DNA from: Eledone cirrhosa
Taxonomy: Eukaryota
Length of the DNA: 64,000 nucleotides
Direction of reading: 5' to 3'
Assembly (NCBI GenBank): GCA_964016885.1
Contig: CAXHJY010001254.1
Location: forward strand, 2,744 to 66,743
Position 1 is the stretch's first letter. Every line of letters begins with the position of its first letter. A program made the translations under genes and the position numbers. This document shows, one piece after another, positions 51,505-64,000 of this stretch. The notes beneath the pieces were generated by a model, which worked only from the letters and a program-made list of their open reading frames with translations, made no database searches and was not told the DNA's origin.

Positions 51505-52460
51505 TAACGGAGGAAATGTGGTAAGGAACAGGTGAACCATAACGCACCAAAGTACTCAATACTTAGGGTAGTAGAGTGGGTAATAGGAACGAGTAGGACC
51601 CCGACGGCTGAGCTCAAGCCGTTTCGATGGCTAATTCTGGACTAAATGAAAATTTTTATCCTGGTATTTGAATAGCCGATCTTCTCAAGGGGTAATTCCA
51701 TATATGGTAAAAGTGATTGTCACAAGGATTGTGGCGGCACCCTTAGAGATAGTATTAGTATTCTTTTTCGGGATTCTGAATTATTATTTCGTATTAGTTT
51801 ACTTTTTTGCACTGGGTGGTTGATGGTCTTGTGCCTGGGGTAGAAACCTTTATTTATTATTTTGTGGTAATTTCTTTAGTATTTTGGCCCCTCACTTGTT
51901 GACCCGTCACCGTAAGATATACTCGGTTTATTACTTATACCTCTTAAAAGGGTCTCATTATAATTCCGTCCCACCTAGTATAACTTTCTTTAGCCTAGCA
52001 GTACCAGTGAGAGACTTAGCTCGTAGTAACCAGAAATTCTTTATTTTTTTTTACATTTAATTGCTTTTTAACACTCTCGGTATTTTTCTATATATTTACC
52101 CCATATTGTTTTACTAATTGTTTCGACTTCCTGCTCCTCCCCCTCCCTAGTATCTTCTTTGACCTCATGCCCAACTGTAGTCGGCACTATCAACGCATGA
52201 CTGGGTCGCCTCCACCCCCTCTCCCTCTTTCTCCCACTGGCAGGATCAGCTACCCCTTCCCTCCACAAATTGCCATCATAGAATTATGATGTCTCAACAA
52301 CAAACTTTTGACCAATCCTTGTGACAATCACTTTTACCATATATGGAATTACCCCTTGAGAAGCTCGGCTATTCAAATACCAGGATAAAAATTTTCATTT
52401 AGTCCAGAATTAGCCGTCAAAACGGCTTGAGCTCAGCCGTCGGGTCCTACTCGTTCCTAT
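51505..52460. mobile_element. Inverted pair of PLE-3 pLTRs
   Basis: 51583-51730 is the reverse complement of 52314-52460; body homologous to 15790-16540. Confidence 0.85.
51598..51693 (-). ncRNA. Type I HHR variant with U3-A8 core (plus-strand copy 52351-52445 has GAAA>AAAA)
   Basis: Reverse complement: ACCCC-TTGAGAA-GATCGGCTA...TAGCCATC-GAAAC-GGCT-TGAGCTC-AGCC-GTC-GGGGT. Confidence 0.8.
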
Positions 52461-52504
52461 ATATATATAACAGATATAATATGCATATATGTATGTGTAT
52501 ATAT

Positions 52505-52850
52505 ATCATCATCATCACCGTTTTACGGTGATGATGATGATGATGATATATATATACATACATATAGCATGGGTTAGACGTGTTGTCCTGTTGTGGGCAG
52601 TGTCTGGTTGGCTGACCATGCCTTGCTCATACAGTAACTGATTTGGCTTGATTTCTACAGCTGGATGCCCTTCCTAACACCAACCTCATTTCCAGTGAGT
52701 GCTGGGTGCTTTTTCGTGGTGCCTACACGTCCACTTTACAGTGTGGGCTGAGTGCTTTTTTGCTGTGGCACCTCCACGACCACCTTGCAGTTGGAGGGTG
52801 TGGGGGCATATTGTCTATATGCTTCAGCTTGTACCCATGTGAGTTCGGGA
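52505..52850 (-). mobile_element. RTE 3' UTR fragment
   Basis: Reverse complement of 42780-43055. Confidence 0.8.
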
Positions 52851-52969
52851 TATATATATATATCATATATATATATAACAAGTATAATATGCATATATGT
52901 ATGTATATATATATATCATATATATATATATATATATCATATATATATATATAACAAGTATAATATGCA

Positions 52970-53014
<45 letters not shown>

Positions 53015-53030
53015 ACAGGTATAATATGCA

Positions 53031-53081
<51 letters not shown>

Positions 53082-53437
53082 ACAGGTATAATATGCATAT
53101 ATGTATGTATATATATATATTATATATATATTATATATAACAGGTATAATATGCATATATGTATGTATACACAGTTCAAGAGTAACCAATCTTAAAGAGA
53201 GAGATGGAGATAGGAGAGGAGATATGAGAGGAGAGATTGGTGAATTAGTTAGAAGCCAAAACGTAATGGCATGTGCTCAATGTGCAATATGCAGTAGAAA
53301 ACAGCTACGTGGCTGGGTTCATGCAGAAGTTAGGTGCGCAGAGCTGGAAATATTCATTAGTTAAGCAAAACAAGTCCACAAATTTTACAAGGAAGACATT
53401 AAAAGATTGTCAACATACCTGTATGTATATATATATG

Positions 53438-53469
<32 letters not shown>

Positions 53470-53474
<5 letters not shown>

Positions 53475-56400
53475 AATTATATATATATATATATCTATAA
53501 TTATATATATATATATCGATAATTATATATATATATATATCTATAATTATATATATATATATCTATAATTATATATATATATATCTATAATTATATATAT
53601 ATATATATCTATAATTATATATATATATATATCTATAATTATATATATATATATCTATAATTATAGATATATATATATCTATAATTATATATATATATAT
53701 ATCTATAATTATATATATATATATATATCTATAATTATATATATATATATATATCTATAATTATATATATATATATATATCTATAATTATATATATATAT
53801 ATATATCTATAATTATATATATATATATATCTATAATTATATATATATATATATCTATAATTATATATATATATATCTATAATTATATATATATATATAT
53901 CTATAATTATATATATATATATATCTATAATTATATATATATATATATCTATAATTATATATATATATATATCTATAATTATATATATATATATATCTAT
54001 AATTATATATATATATATATCTATAATTATATATATATATATATCTATAATTATATATATATATATATATCTATAATTATATATATATATATATATCTAT
54101 AATTATATATATATATCTATATCTATAATTATATATATATATATATATCTATAATTATATATATATATATATATCTATAATTATATATATATATCTATAT
54201 CTATAATTATATATATATATATATATCTATAATTATATATATATATATATATATCTATAATATATATATATATATATATATATCTATAATTATATATATA
54301 TATATATATATCTATAATTATATATATATATATATCTATAATTATATATATATATATATATCTATAATTATATATATATATATATATCTATAATTATATA
54401 TATATATATATCTATAATTATATATATATATATATATCTATAATTATATATATATATATATATCTATAATTATATATATATATATATATCTATAATTATA
54501 TATATATATATATATCTATAATTATATATATATATATATATCTATAATTATATATATATATATATATCTATAATTATATATATATATATATATCTATAAT
54601 TATATATATATATATATATCTATAATTATATATATATATATATATCTATAATTATATATATATATATATATCTATAATTATATATATATATATATATCTA
54701 TAATTATATATATATATATCTATAATTATATATATATATAAAAATCTATAATTATATATATATATATCTATAATTATATATATATATATATATATATCTA
54801 TAATTATATATATATATATATCTATAATTATATATATATCTATAATTATATATATATATATATCTATAATTATATATATATATATTTCTATAATTATATA
54901 TATATATATATCTATAATTATATATATATATATATCTATAATTATATATATATATATATCGATAATTATATATATATATATATATCTATAATTATATATA
55001 TATATATCTATAATTATATATATATATATCTATAATTATATATATATATATCTATAATTATATATATATATATATCTATAATTATATATATATATATCTA
55101 TAATTATATATATATATATATCTATAATTATATATATATATATATCTATAATTATATATATATATATATATCTATAATTATATATATATATATATCTATA
55201 ATTATATATATATATATATATCTATAATTATATATATATATATATCTATAATTATATATATATATATATATCTATAATTATATATATATATATATCTATA
55301 ATTATATATATATATATATCTATAATTATATATATATATATATCTATAATTATATATATATATATATCTATAATTATATATATATATCTATAATTATATA
55401 TATATATATCTATAATTATATATATATATATCTATAATTATATATATATATATCTATAATTATATATATATATATCTATAATTATATATATATATATATC
55501 TATAATTATATATATATATATCTATAATTATATATATATATATATCTATAATTATATATATATATATATCTATAATTATATATATATATATATCTATAAT
55601 TATATATATATATATATCTATAATTATATATATATATATATCTATAATTATATATATATATATATATCTATAATTATATATATATATCTATATCTATAAT
55701 TATATATATATATCTATATCTATAATTATATATATATATATATATATCTATAATTATATATATATATATCTATAATTATATATATATATATATAATTATA
55801 TATATATATATATATATATCTATAATTATATATATATATATCTATAATTATATATATATATATATATCTATAATTATATATATATATATATATATCTATA
55901 ATTATATATATATATATATCTATAATTATATATATATATATATATCTATAATTATATATATATATATATATCTATAATTATATATCATCATCATCATCAA
56001 CGTTTAACGTCCGTGTTCCACGCTTGCATGGGTTTGGACGGGGGTAGTCCCACTTGAGGCAAGAGTGATTGTCTTGCTCGCATAGGACTGTCTGGCAGGT
56101 TTTCTACAGTTGGATGCCCTTCCTAACACCAACCACATTTACAGTGTGGGTCTGGGAGGTTTTTACCGTGTTGCCTACACGGCCACATTACAGCGTGGAC
56201 TGTGTGTTTTTTTGTCGTGACACCTACACGATCTCATTTGTTTCGGCCTGGATGGCGCGGCACCAACATAACTTTACATAGAACGGGGTGGTGTGGATGG
56301 GGTGGGGGTGGCGGCGGGAGGGGTGTATTTTGTTAGAGATGCCTACTGGCAAGGCGGGTCTTCTCTGTTACTGAGTACCGCCAAAGGTCACGGTCCAGTG

Positions 56401-58055
56401 ACATTGTCTTGGAGAGGTGTAAGTGTGTGAGGTCGGAGTTTATCAGCTCATCCCATGTTTTTCTAGGTCTGCCTATTCCGTGGCTACCGTCTATCTTTAT
56501 TGCCCTGCACTTTGTAATACAGCTATCGACTTTCATGCGCATCACGTGTCCATACCAACGCAGCCTTCTCTCGAGTAAACAACATCTGATCCCTCTTATC
56601 TCTAATTTTTTCCTTAGTTCGTTTATGCTTTGCCGTTCACGTATATTACTGTTACACATCCAGCGGAGCATGCAAGCTTCGTTCCTCTCTAGTCTGCGTA
56701 TATCCTCTGCACACAATGCCCAGGTCTCACTACCATGCAACATTGCTGTTCGTATGCAGGCATCGTACAACCTGCCTTTCATTTTTAGGGAGAACCCTTT
56801 AGCAGCTAATAGTGGTATAAGCTCTCTGAACTTTTTCCAACCAGTTCTGACTCTAGCTACAGTACTTTCAGAGCACCCTCCCCCACTGCTGATTTTATCG
56901 CCCAGGTAACGGAAGCTGTCCACTATTTCTATAAAACCCTCTGCGCAATTGAAAGAGCTAGTATTTTGTGGGCACTTGCTGCTACTTATTGCACCAGAAC
57001 ACCGGCCACATGTAAAGTCTATGTTCTTAGTTAGCTTACCTGTGATCCCACTACGTCTTTTATGCACCCATACTTTGCATTTAGGACATAAGATGGAGTT
57101 TCTACCTACGCCTTTCCTACATACCGAGCACGACCATTTCCCAGAAGGGACCGCCGCCTTGTTTTCTTTCCTACAAACTAGAACTTTGGTCTTAGCCAGG
57201 TTAATTTTAAGTCCTTTTGACTCTAGGCCGTGCTTCCATGTTTGGAATTTCTTCTCTAGCTCGGCCATTGATTCCGCTATGAGTGTCAGGTCGTCTGCGT
57301 ATAGGAGTTCCCATGGGCAGCCTGTCTTGAACTCCTCTGTTATAGCCTGAAGGGCAATAATAAATAGTAGGGGGCTGAGAACAGAGCCCTGATGGACGCC
57401 AACTTTTACGCTAAACTCTTCACTATATTCGTTGTTAATTCTAACCTTGCTGACTGTTTCTTTATACATGGCTTGTATAGCCCTCACAAGCCATTCGTCA
57501 ACGCCTAGTTTTCTAAGAGCCCACCAGATAATGGAGCGGGGGACTCTGTCGAAGGCTTTCTCCAGGTCGACAAAAGCTAAGTAGAGGGGTTTACCTTTAG
57601 CTAGGTACTTCTCCTGTAGTTGTCGTACTACAGGAGAAGTACCTAGCTAAAGGTAAACCCCTCTACTTAGCTTTTGTCGACCTGGAGAAAGCCTTCGACA
57701 GAGTCCATATATATATATCTATAATTATATATATATATATATATCTATAATTATATATATATATATATATCTATAATTATATATATATATATATATCTAT
57801 AATTATATATATATATATATATCTATAATTATATATATATATATATATCTATAATTATATATATATATATATATCTATAATTATATATATATATATATAT
57901 CTATAATTATATATATATATATATATCTATAATTATATATATATATATATATCTATAATTATATATATATATATATATCTATAATTATATATATATATAT
58001 ATATCTATAATTATATATATATATATATATCTATAATTATATATATATATATCTA

Positions 58056-58086
<31 letters not shown>

Positions 58087-58231
58087 CTATAATTATATAT
58101 ATATATATCTATAATTATATATATATATAAAAATCTATAATTATATATATATATATCTATTATTATTTATAAGCATAAAAATCTATAATTATATATATAT
58201 ATATCTATAATTATATATATATATATATCTA

Positions 58232-58262
<31 letters not shown>

Positions 58263-58385
58263 CTATAATTATATATATATATATATATATATATCTATAA
58301 TTATATATATATATATATATATATATCTATAATTATATATATATATATATCTATAATTATATATATATATATATATATATATCTA

Positions 58386-58420
<35 letters not shown>

Positions 58421-58501
58421 ATAATTATATATATATATATCTATAATTATATATATATATATATATATATATCTATAATTATATATATATATATATATCT
58501 A

Positions 58502-58550
<49 letters not shown>

Positions 58551-58551
58551 A

Positions 58552-58593
<42 letters not shown>

Positions 58594-58670
58594 TATATAT
58601 ATATATATATAATTATATATATATATAATTATATATATATATATATATAATTATATATATATATAATTAT
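53470..58670. repeat. Long (CTATAAT(TA)n) minisatellite interrupted by an RTE insertion
   Basis: ~20-28-bp unit on both sides of 55985-57706. Confidence 0.95.
55985..57706 (-). mobile_element. 5'-truncated RTE-type LINE with RT, Cys-rich finger, (TGA)n tail and 5' foldback
   Basis: ORF 56333-57487: GVHQGSVLSPLLF, LYADDL, FRYLG; frame continues upstream with FVDLEKAFDRV. Confidence 0.9.
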
Positions 58671-58671
58671 A

Positions 58672-58890
58672 GAGAATTTAGTATATCTACTAACATATGC
58701 GTACAGATGTACACTAATGCTAGCAAATACATAAGTTATGTCATAGTACCTAGGTGGTTCAATGCAGGAGGATGCAGAACAATAATATGAAAGACGTAAA
58801 ATAAGAAAATTTTAAAAAGAATTAAAAAAATTAACTTACTTACTAAAATTTTAGTAAGTTAATTTTTTTAATTCTTTTTAAAATTTTCTG
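58672..58890 (-). mobile_element. Family B fragment with short terminal foldback
   Basis: Similar to 5810-5943. Confidence 0.6.
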
Positions 58891-60398
58891 ATCCTACAGA
58901 TCAGGGGAACATACCAGCCAGGTAGATTATATCCTTACCAGAAGATGTGACAGAGTGTCTGTTGTAAACACTAAATCCCTCCCCCATGAAAAATGCACCT
59001 CTCAACATAGACTCATAATTAGCGACCTCATAGTCAGGATGAGACGTACTCAACAACAGAAGAGGACTATCCTCAGGAGAAAAATATGGAAGCTAAAGGA
59101 CCCCACAGCCAGTAATAAATTTGAAAGCATATTACTTGATTCTTTCGACAGTCAGGAAGAGCAATTAGAGTCGTACAATAGAGAGGAACAGTGGGAATTC
59201 CTGAAAGCAAACCTGCTGATGGCAGCAGATGAAGTCTGTGGCTGGAGCAGGCCTATAGGCAAGAGGAGAGTAACTTGGTGATGGAACAGTAAGGTGGAAG
59301 AGTCGATCAAGGCCAAAAAGCAGGCTTGGAAAGTATGGGGGAAGTAGAGGAGACTATCAAGTGGCCAGGAGGGAAGCTAGGAGACAAGTGTACTTTGCAA
59401 GAAGGGAAGCAGAGGCAAGAAAGTTCAAGCATGTTCTACAACGCGAGGACCTAAAATGTGAGGTGTTCAGGATTGCTAGGCAATGTGTCAAGGAAAACCG
59501 TGATATTGTCGGGCAGAAGTGTGTCCTTAATGATGATGGTGTACTTGCCATAAGAAGGTAGCTTGGAAGTGTCACTACAAAAGGCTACTAAATGAGGAGA
59601 ATAAATGGGAGAAAGACAGCCTCCCCCACATCAATCCAATAGAGGGACCAACAGTGTTAGTTGAAGGTAGTATAATAAGTAAGGCAATCAAAGATATGAA
59701 GACGGGTAAGGCACCTGGGCCTTCGGAAATAGTTGCTGAAATGCTGAAAGCTTCTGGAACGGTGGGACACACTATGGTTACCCGGATATAAACCATGTCA
59801 TACAGAATGGGGTTGTTCCAAAGGAGTGGCGTAGCAGCATCATCATTAACTGCTACAAAGGTAAAGGAGATGCCCTAGATAGGGGTAACTATAGAGGCAT
59901 TAAATTAATCGACTAGGTAATGAAGGTCATAAAAAAAGTAATAGAGCAACTGATAAGAGAGCGAATTGATCTAGATGAAAAGCAGTTCGGGTTTGTGTCA
60001 GACGCTCTTTTCATTGTACGATAACTACAGGAGAAGTACCTAGCTAAAAGTAAACCCCTATACTTAGCTTTTGTCGACTTGGAGAAAGCCTTTGACAGAG
60101 TCTCCCATTCCATTATCTCGTGGGCTCTTAGAAAACTAGGTGTTGATGAATGGCTTGTGAGAGTTATAAAGAAACAGTCAGCAAGGTTAGAATTAACAAC
60201 GAATATAGTGAAGAGTTTAGCGTAAAAGTTGGTGTTCATCAGGGCTCTGTTCTTAGCCCCCTACTATTTATTATTGCCCTTCACACTATAACAGAGTAGT
60301 TCAAGACCGGCTGCCCATGGGAACTCCTATACGCAGATGATCTAACGCTATTAGCTGAATCAATGGTTGAACTAGAGAAGAAATTCCAAACATGGAAT
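58890..60398 (+). pseudogene. Degraded RTE ORF (end of endonuclease through RT YADD)
   Basis: QVDYIL, SQHRL, KAPGPS, NYRGIKL, QFGF, FVDLEKAFD, YADD, with many stops. Confidence 0.85.
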
Positions 60399-60913
60399 TG
60401 TGAGGTTGTGAGTTCAATTCCTGGACCGTGCGATGCGTTATGTCTTTGAGGAAGAGACTATATTTCACGTTGTTCCTTCTACCTGGAGTTGCGACCGATA
60501 GATAGTATTAGCAATTAGAAAGACCAATGGAAACATTGTTTCCTCGGTCCAATTTGACGAATGTCGATCGTTCCATAAATATATATATATATATATATTA
60601 TATATATAATATATTATATATATATATAATATATTATATATTATATATAATATATAATATATAATATATAATATATATATATAATATATAATATATATAT
60701 ATAATATATAATATATATATATAATATATAATATAATATATATTATATATATATAATATATAATATATATATATAATATATATATATATAATATATAATA
60801 TATATATATAATATATATATATATATAATATATTATATATAATATATTATATATAATATATTATATATAATATATATAATATATTATATATAATATATTA
60901 TATATAATATATT

Positions 60914-60957
<44 letters not shown>

Positions 60958-61015
60958 AATATATATATATATATATTATATATAATATATATAATATATA
61001 TATATATAATATATT

Positions 61016-61059
<44 letters not shown>

Positions 61060-61154
61060 AATATATATATATATATATTATATATAATATATATAATATA
61101 TATATATAATATATTGTATATAATATATATATAATATATATGTATATATATATT

Positions 61155-61199
<45 letters not shown>

Positions 61200-61400
61200 A
61201 TATATATATAATATATTATATATATTATATACATTATATATATAATATATATATATATAATATATATATATAATATATTATATATTATATATAATATATA
61301 TATATAATATATATATTATATATATATATAATATATTATATATATTATATATATATATATATAATATATATAATATATTATATATATATATATTATATAT

Positions 61401-61597
61401 TAGGAACCAGTAAGACCCCGACGGCTGAGCTCAAGCCGTTTCGACGGCTAATTCAGTCCAGAATTAGCCGTCAAAACGGCTTGAGTTCAGCCGTCGGGTT
61501 CTTACTGGTTCCTATTACCCACTCTACTACCCTAAGTATTATTGAGTACTTTGGTGCGTTATGGTCCACCTGGTTCCTTACCACATTTCCTTCGTTA
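61401..61597. mobile_element. Foldback fragment of the PLE-3 pLTR (HHR 3' half only)
   Basis: Matches 22730-22865 and 15790-15845. Confidence 0.75.
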
Positions 61598-61739
61598 TAT
61601 TATATATTATATATATATATATATATTATATATTATATATATATATAATATATTATATATATATATATATTATATATTATATATATGTATATTATATATA
61701 TATATATTATTTTTATATGTATATATATATTATATATAT

Positions 61740-62211
61740 ATCATCATCATCATCATCAACGTTTAACGTCCGTGTTCCACGCTTGCATGGGTTTGGACTG
61801 GGGTAGTTCCACTTGAGGCAAGAGTGATTGTCTTGCTCGCATAGGACTGTCTGGCAGGTTTTCTACAGTTGGATGCCCTTCCTAACACCAACCACATTTA
61901 CAGTGTGGGTCTGGGAGGTTTTTACCGTGTTGCCTACACGGCCACATTACAGCGTGGACTGTGTGTTTTTTGTCGTGACACCTACACGATCTCATTTGTT
62001 TCGGCCTGGATGGCGCGGCACCAACATAACTTTACATAGAACGGGGTGGTGTGGATAGGGTGGGGGTGGTGGCGGGACGGGGTGTAGTTTGTTAGAGATG
62101 CCTACTGGCAAGGCGGGTCTTCTCTGTTACTGAGTACCGCCAAAGGTCACGGTCCAGTGACATTGTCTTGGAGAGGTGTAAGTGTGTGAGGTCGGAGTTT
62201 ATCAGCTCATC
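61740..62211 (-). mobile_element. RTE 3' end, near-identical to 55985-56452
   Basis: Direct sequence match including the (CAT)n tail. Confidence 0.85.
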
Positions 62212-62231
62212 ATATATATATATATATTATA

Positions 62232-62281
<50 letters not shown>

Positions 62282-62332
62282 GGATAAGGAAAAGCGAAGT
62301 AGTTTCAGATGTTCAAGTCCTTTAATAATAAT

Positions 62333-62406
62333 GGTGTGATATATATTTCAATGATGACACTGGTCACACTGTTCTGTGTGCGACTGTCGTGTCATCATCA
62401 GACAGC
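62333..62406 (-). ncRNA. HHR-like motif, imperfect
   Basis: Reverse complement: TGT-CTGATGA-TGACAC...GTGTCA-TCATT-GAAA-TATATA-TC-ACA; 5 extra nt before GAAA. Confidence 0.4.
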
Positions 62407-62741
62407 TTGTTACATAATAAGGTTATGTTTCCGAGGCAATCCAAATTGAATCGACATGTTAACCCTAATATATTATATATATATATATTATATATATATA
62501 ATATATATATTATATTTATATATATATTATATATATATAATATATATATTATATTTATATATATATTATATATTATATATATTTATAACAGATTAAATAT
62601 TTGCTCTTCGGTTCTTATATATCTTATATATTTTCCTTATCGAGCCCTCTTTGGATTTTAGTCTTCAATTTTATTATTATCACTATATATTATATATATA
62701 TATATATTATATATATATATATATTATATATATATATATAT

Positions 62742-62800
<59 letters not shown>

Positions 62801-63204
62801 ATTATATATATATATTATATATATATATATTATATATATATATATATATATATTCAGCCTATATTATAAGATCGATTGCCTGCTTCAACTGCCTGACCCT
62901 GCAAATTCTGACGCACTCTAATCATGTATCGATAAGACAAGCGTGCATGCTACACGGGAGATTGCTTCATGCACTGACTACTCTAAGCTTTCCTCTTGCT
63001 TTATCTTCATAGACTGCCAACGCTTCATGTTTATCTTTATTTTCACACTTGCTTTTGTTTTATTTTATTTTTATCATGTAACACTTTATATGTAAATTGC
63101 CATGCTATTTCATTTGATGAATGTCATCCCACTGTTGATCAATATGCGCATATGTTTTATGTGTCTCTTGGGTTGAAAAGGAGGTCAAGTATGTTATAAA
63201 TAGC

Positions 63205-63251
63205 TGCTCCGAAGAATCCAAACCTCGGTTTGGAGGAAACAATTGTAAGCA
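63205..63251 (+). ncRNA. Minimal HHR variant (U4C core CCGAAGA)
   Basis: TGCT-CCGAAGA-ATCCAAACC-TC-GGTTTGGAG-GAAAC-AATT-GTA-AGCA; palindrome ACAATTGT. Confidence 0.7.
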
Positions 63252-63294
63252 AATAAATGACTTAAACTGAACTTTGATTACTGTAATCTCTCTC

Positions 63295-63355
63295 TCTATA
63301 TATATATATAATATATATATATATATATAATATATAATATATATATATATATATA

Positions 63356-63400
<45 letters not shown>

Positions 63401-63944
63401 TATATATAATATATATAATATATATATATATAATATATATATATATATAATATATAATATATATATATATATATAATATAATATAATATATATATATATA
63501 TTATATATATTATATATATATTATATATAATATATATATATAATATATATAATATATATATATATATTATATATAATATATATATAATATATAATAATAT
63601 ATATATATATTATATATATATTATATATAATATATATATATTATTATATATATTATATATATATATTATATATAATATATATATAATATATATAATATAT
63701 ATATTATATATATATATATATATTATATATAATATATATATATTATATATAATATATATATTATATATATTATATATATATTATATATAATATATATATA
63801 ATATATATAATATATATATTATATATAATATATATATTATATATATATATATATATAATATATATATTATATATAATATATATAATATATATATATTATA
63901 TATAATATATATATTATATATATTATATATATATTATATATAAT

Positions 63945-63996
<52 letters not shown>

Positions 63997-64000
63997 ATAT
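63295..64000. repeat. Degenerate (TA)n microsatellite (also 8510-9150, 9723-10250, 17573-18750, 60578-61400)
   Basis: Direct reading. Confidence 0.95.

Larger units (their letters stand above)
51033..53170. repeat. Compound minisatellite (AACAGGTATAATATGCATATATG(TA)n) interrupted by TE fragments; also near 41985 and 48098
   Basis: Repeated CAGGTATAATATGCAT core. Confidence 0.8.

Overview
Eukaryotic, gene-poor window made almost entirely of repeats. The SINE and RTE families resemble those of octopod cephalopods (inference, not a database result). No host gene could be supported, and most short ORFs in the track are translations of (TA)n tracts. Long (TA)n microsatellites hold many retroelements: at least four Penelope-like element (PLE) families with direct and inverted pseudo-LTRs (pLTRs), three of them with RT plus C-terminal GIY-YIG; RTE-type LINE fragments; a CR1/L2-group LINE interrupted by a nearly intact Ty3/Gypsy element (5-bp TSD, -1 frameshift signal); tRNA-derived SINEs; a non-autonomous Helitron; and a mariner relic. 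The main unexpected signal is a high density of type I hammerhead ribozyme (HHR) motifs, roughly a dozen sequence families identified by eye. They lie in PLE pLTRs and in short non-coding tandem or inverted units resembling retrozymes. Many have family-specific palindromic stem III sequences and non-canonical cores (U4A, U4C, U3-A8). One ~465-bp family has an octamer/PSE-like/TATA arrangement just upstream of its HHR. All folds were paired manually; none were computed or tested.
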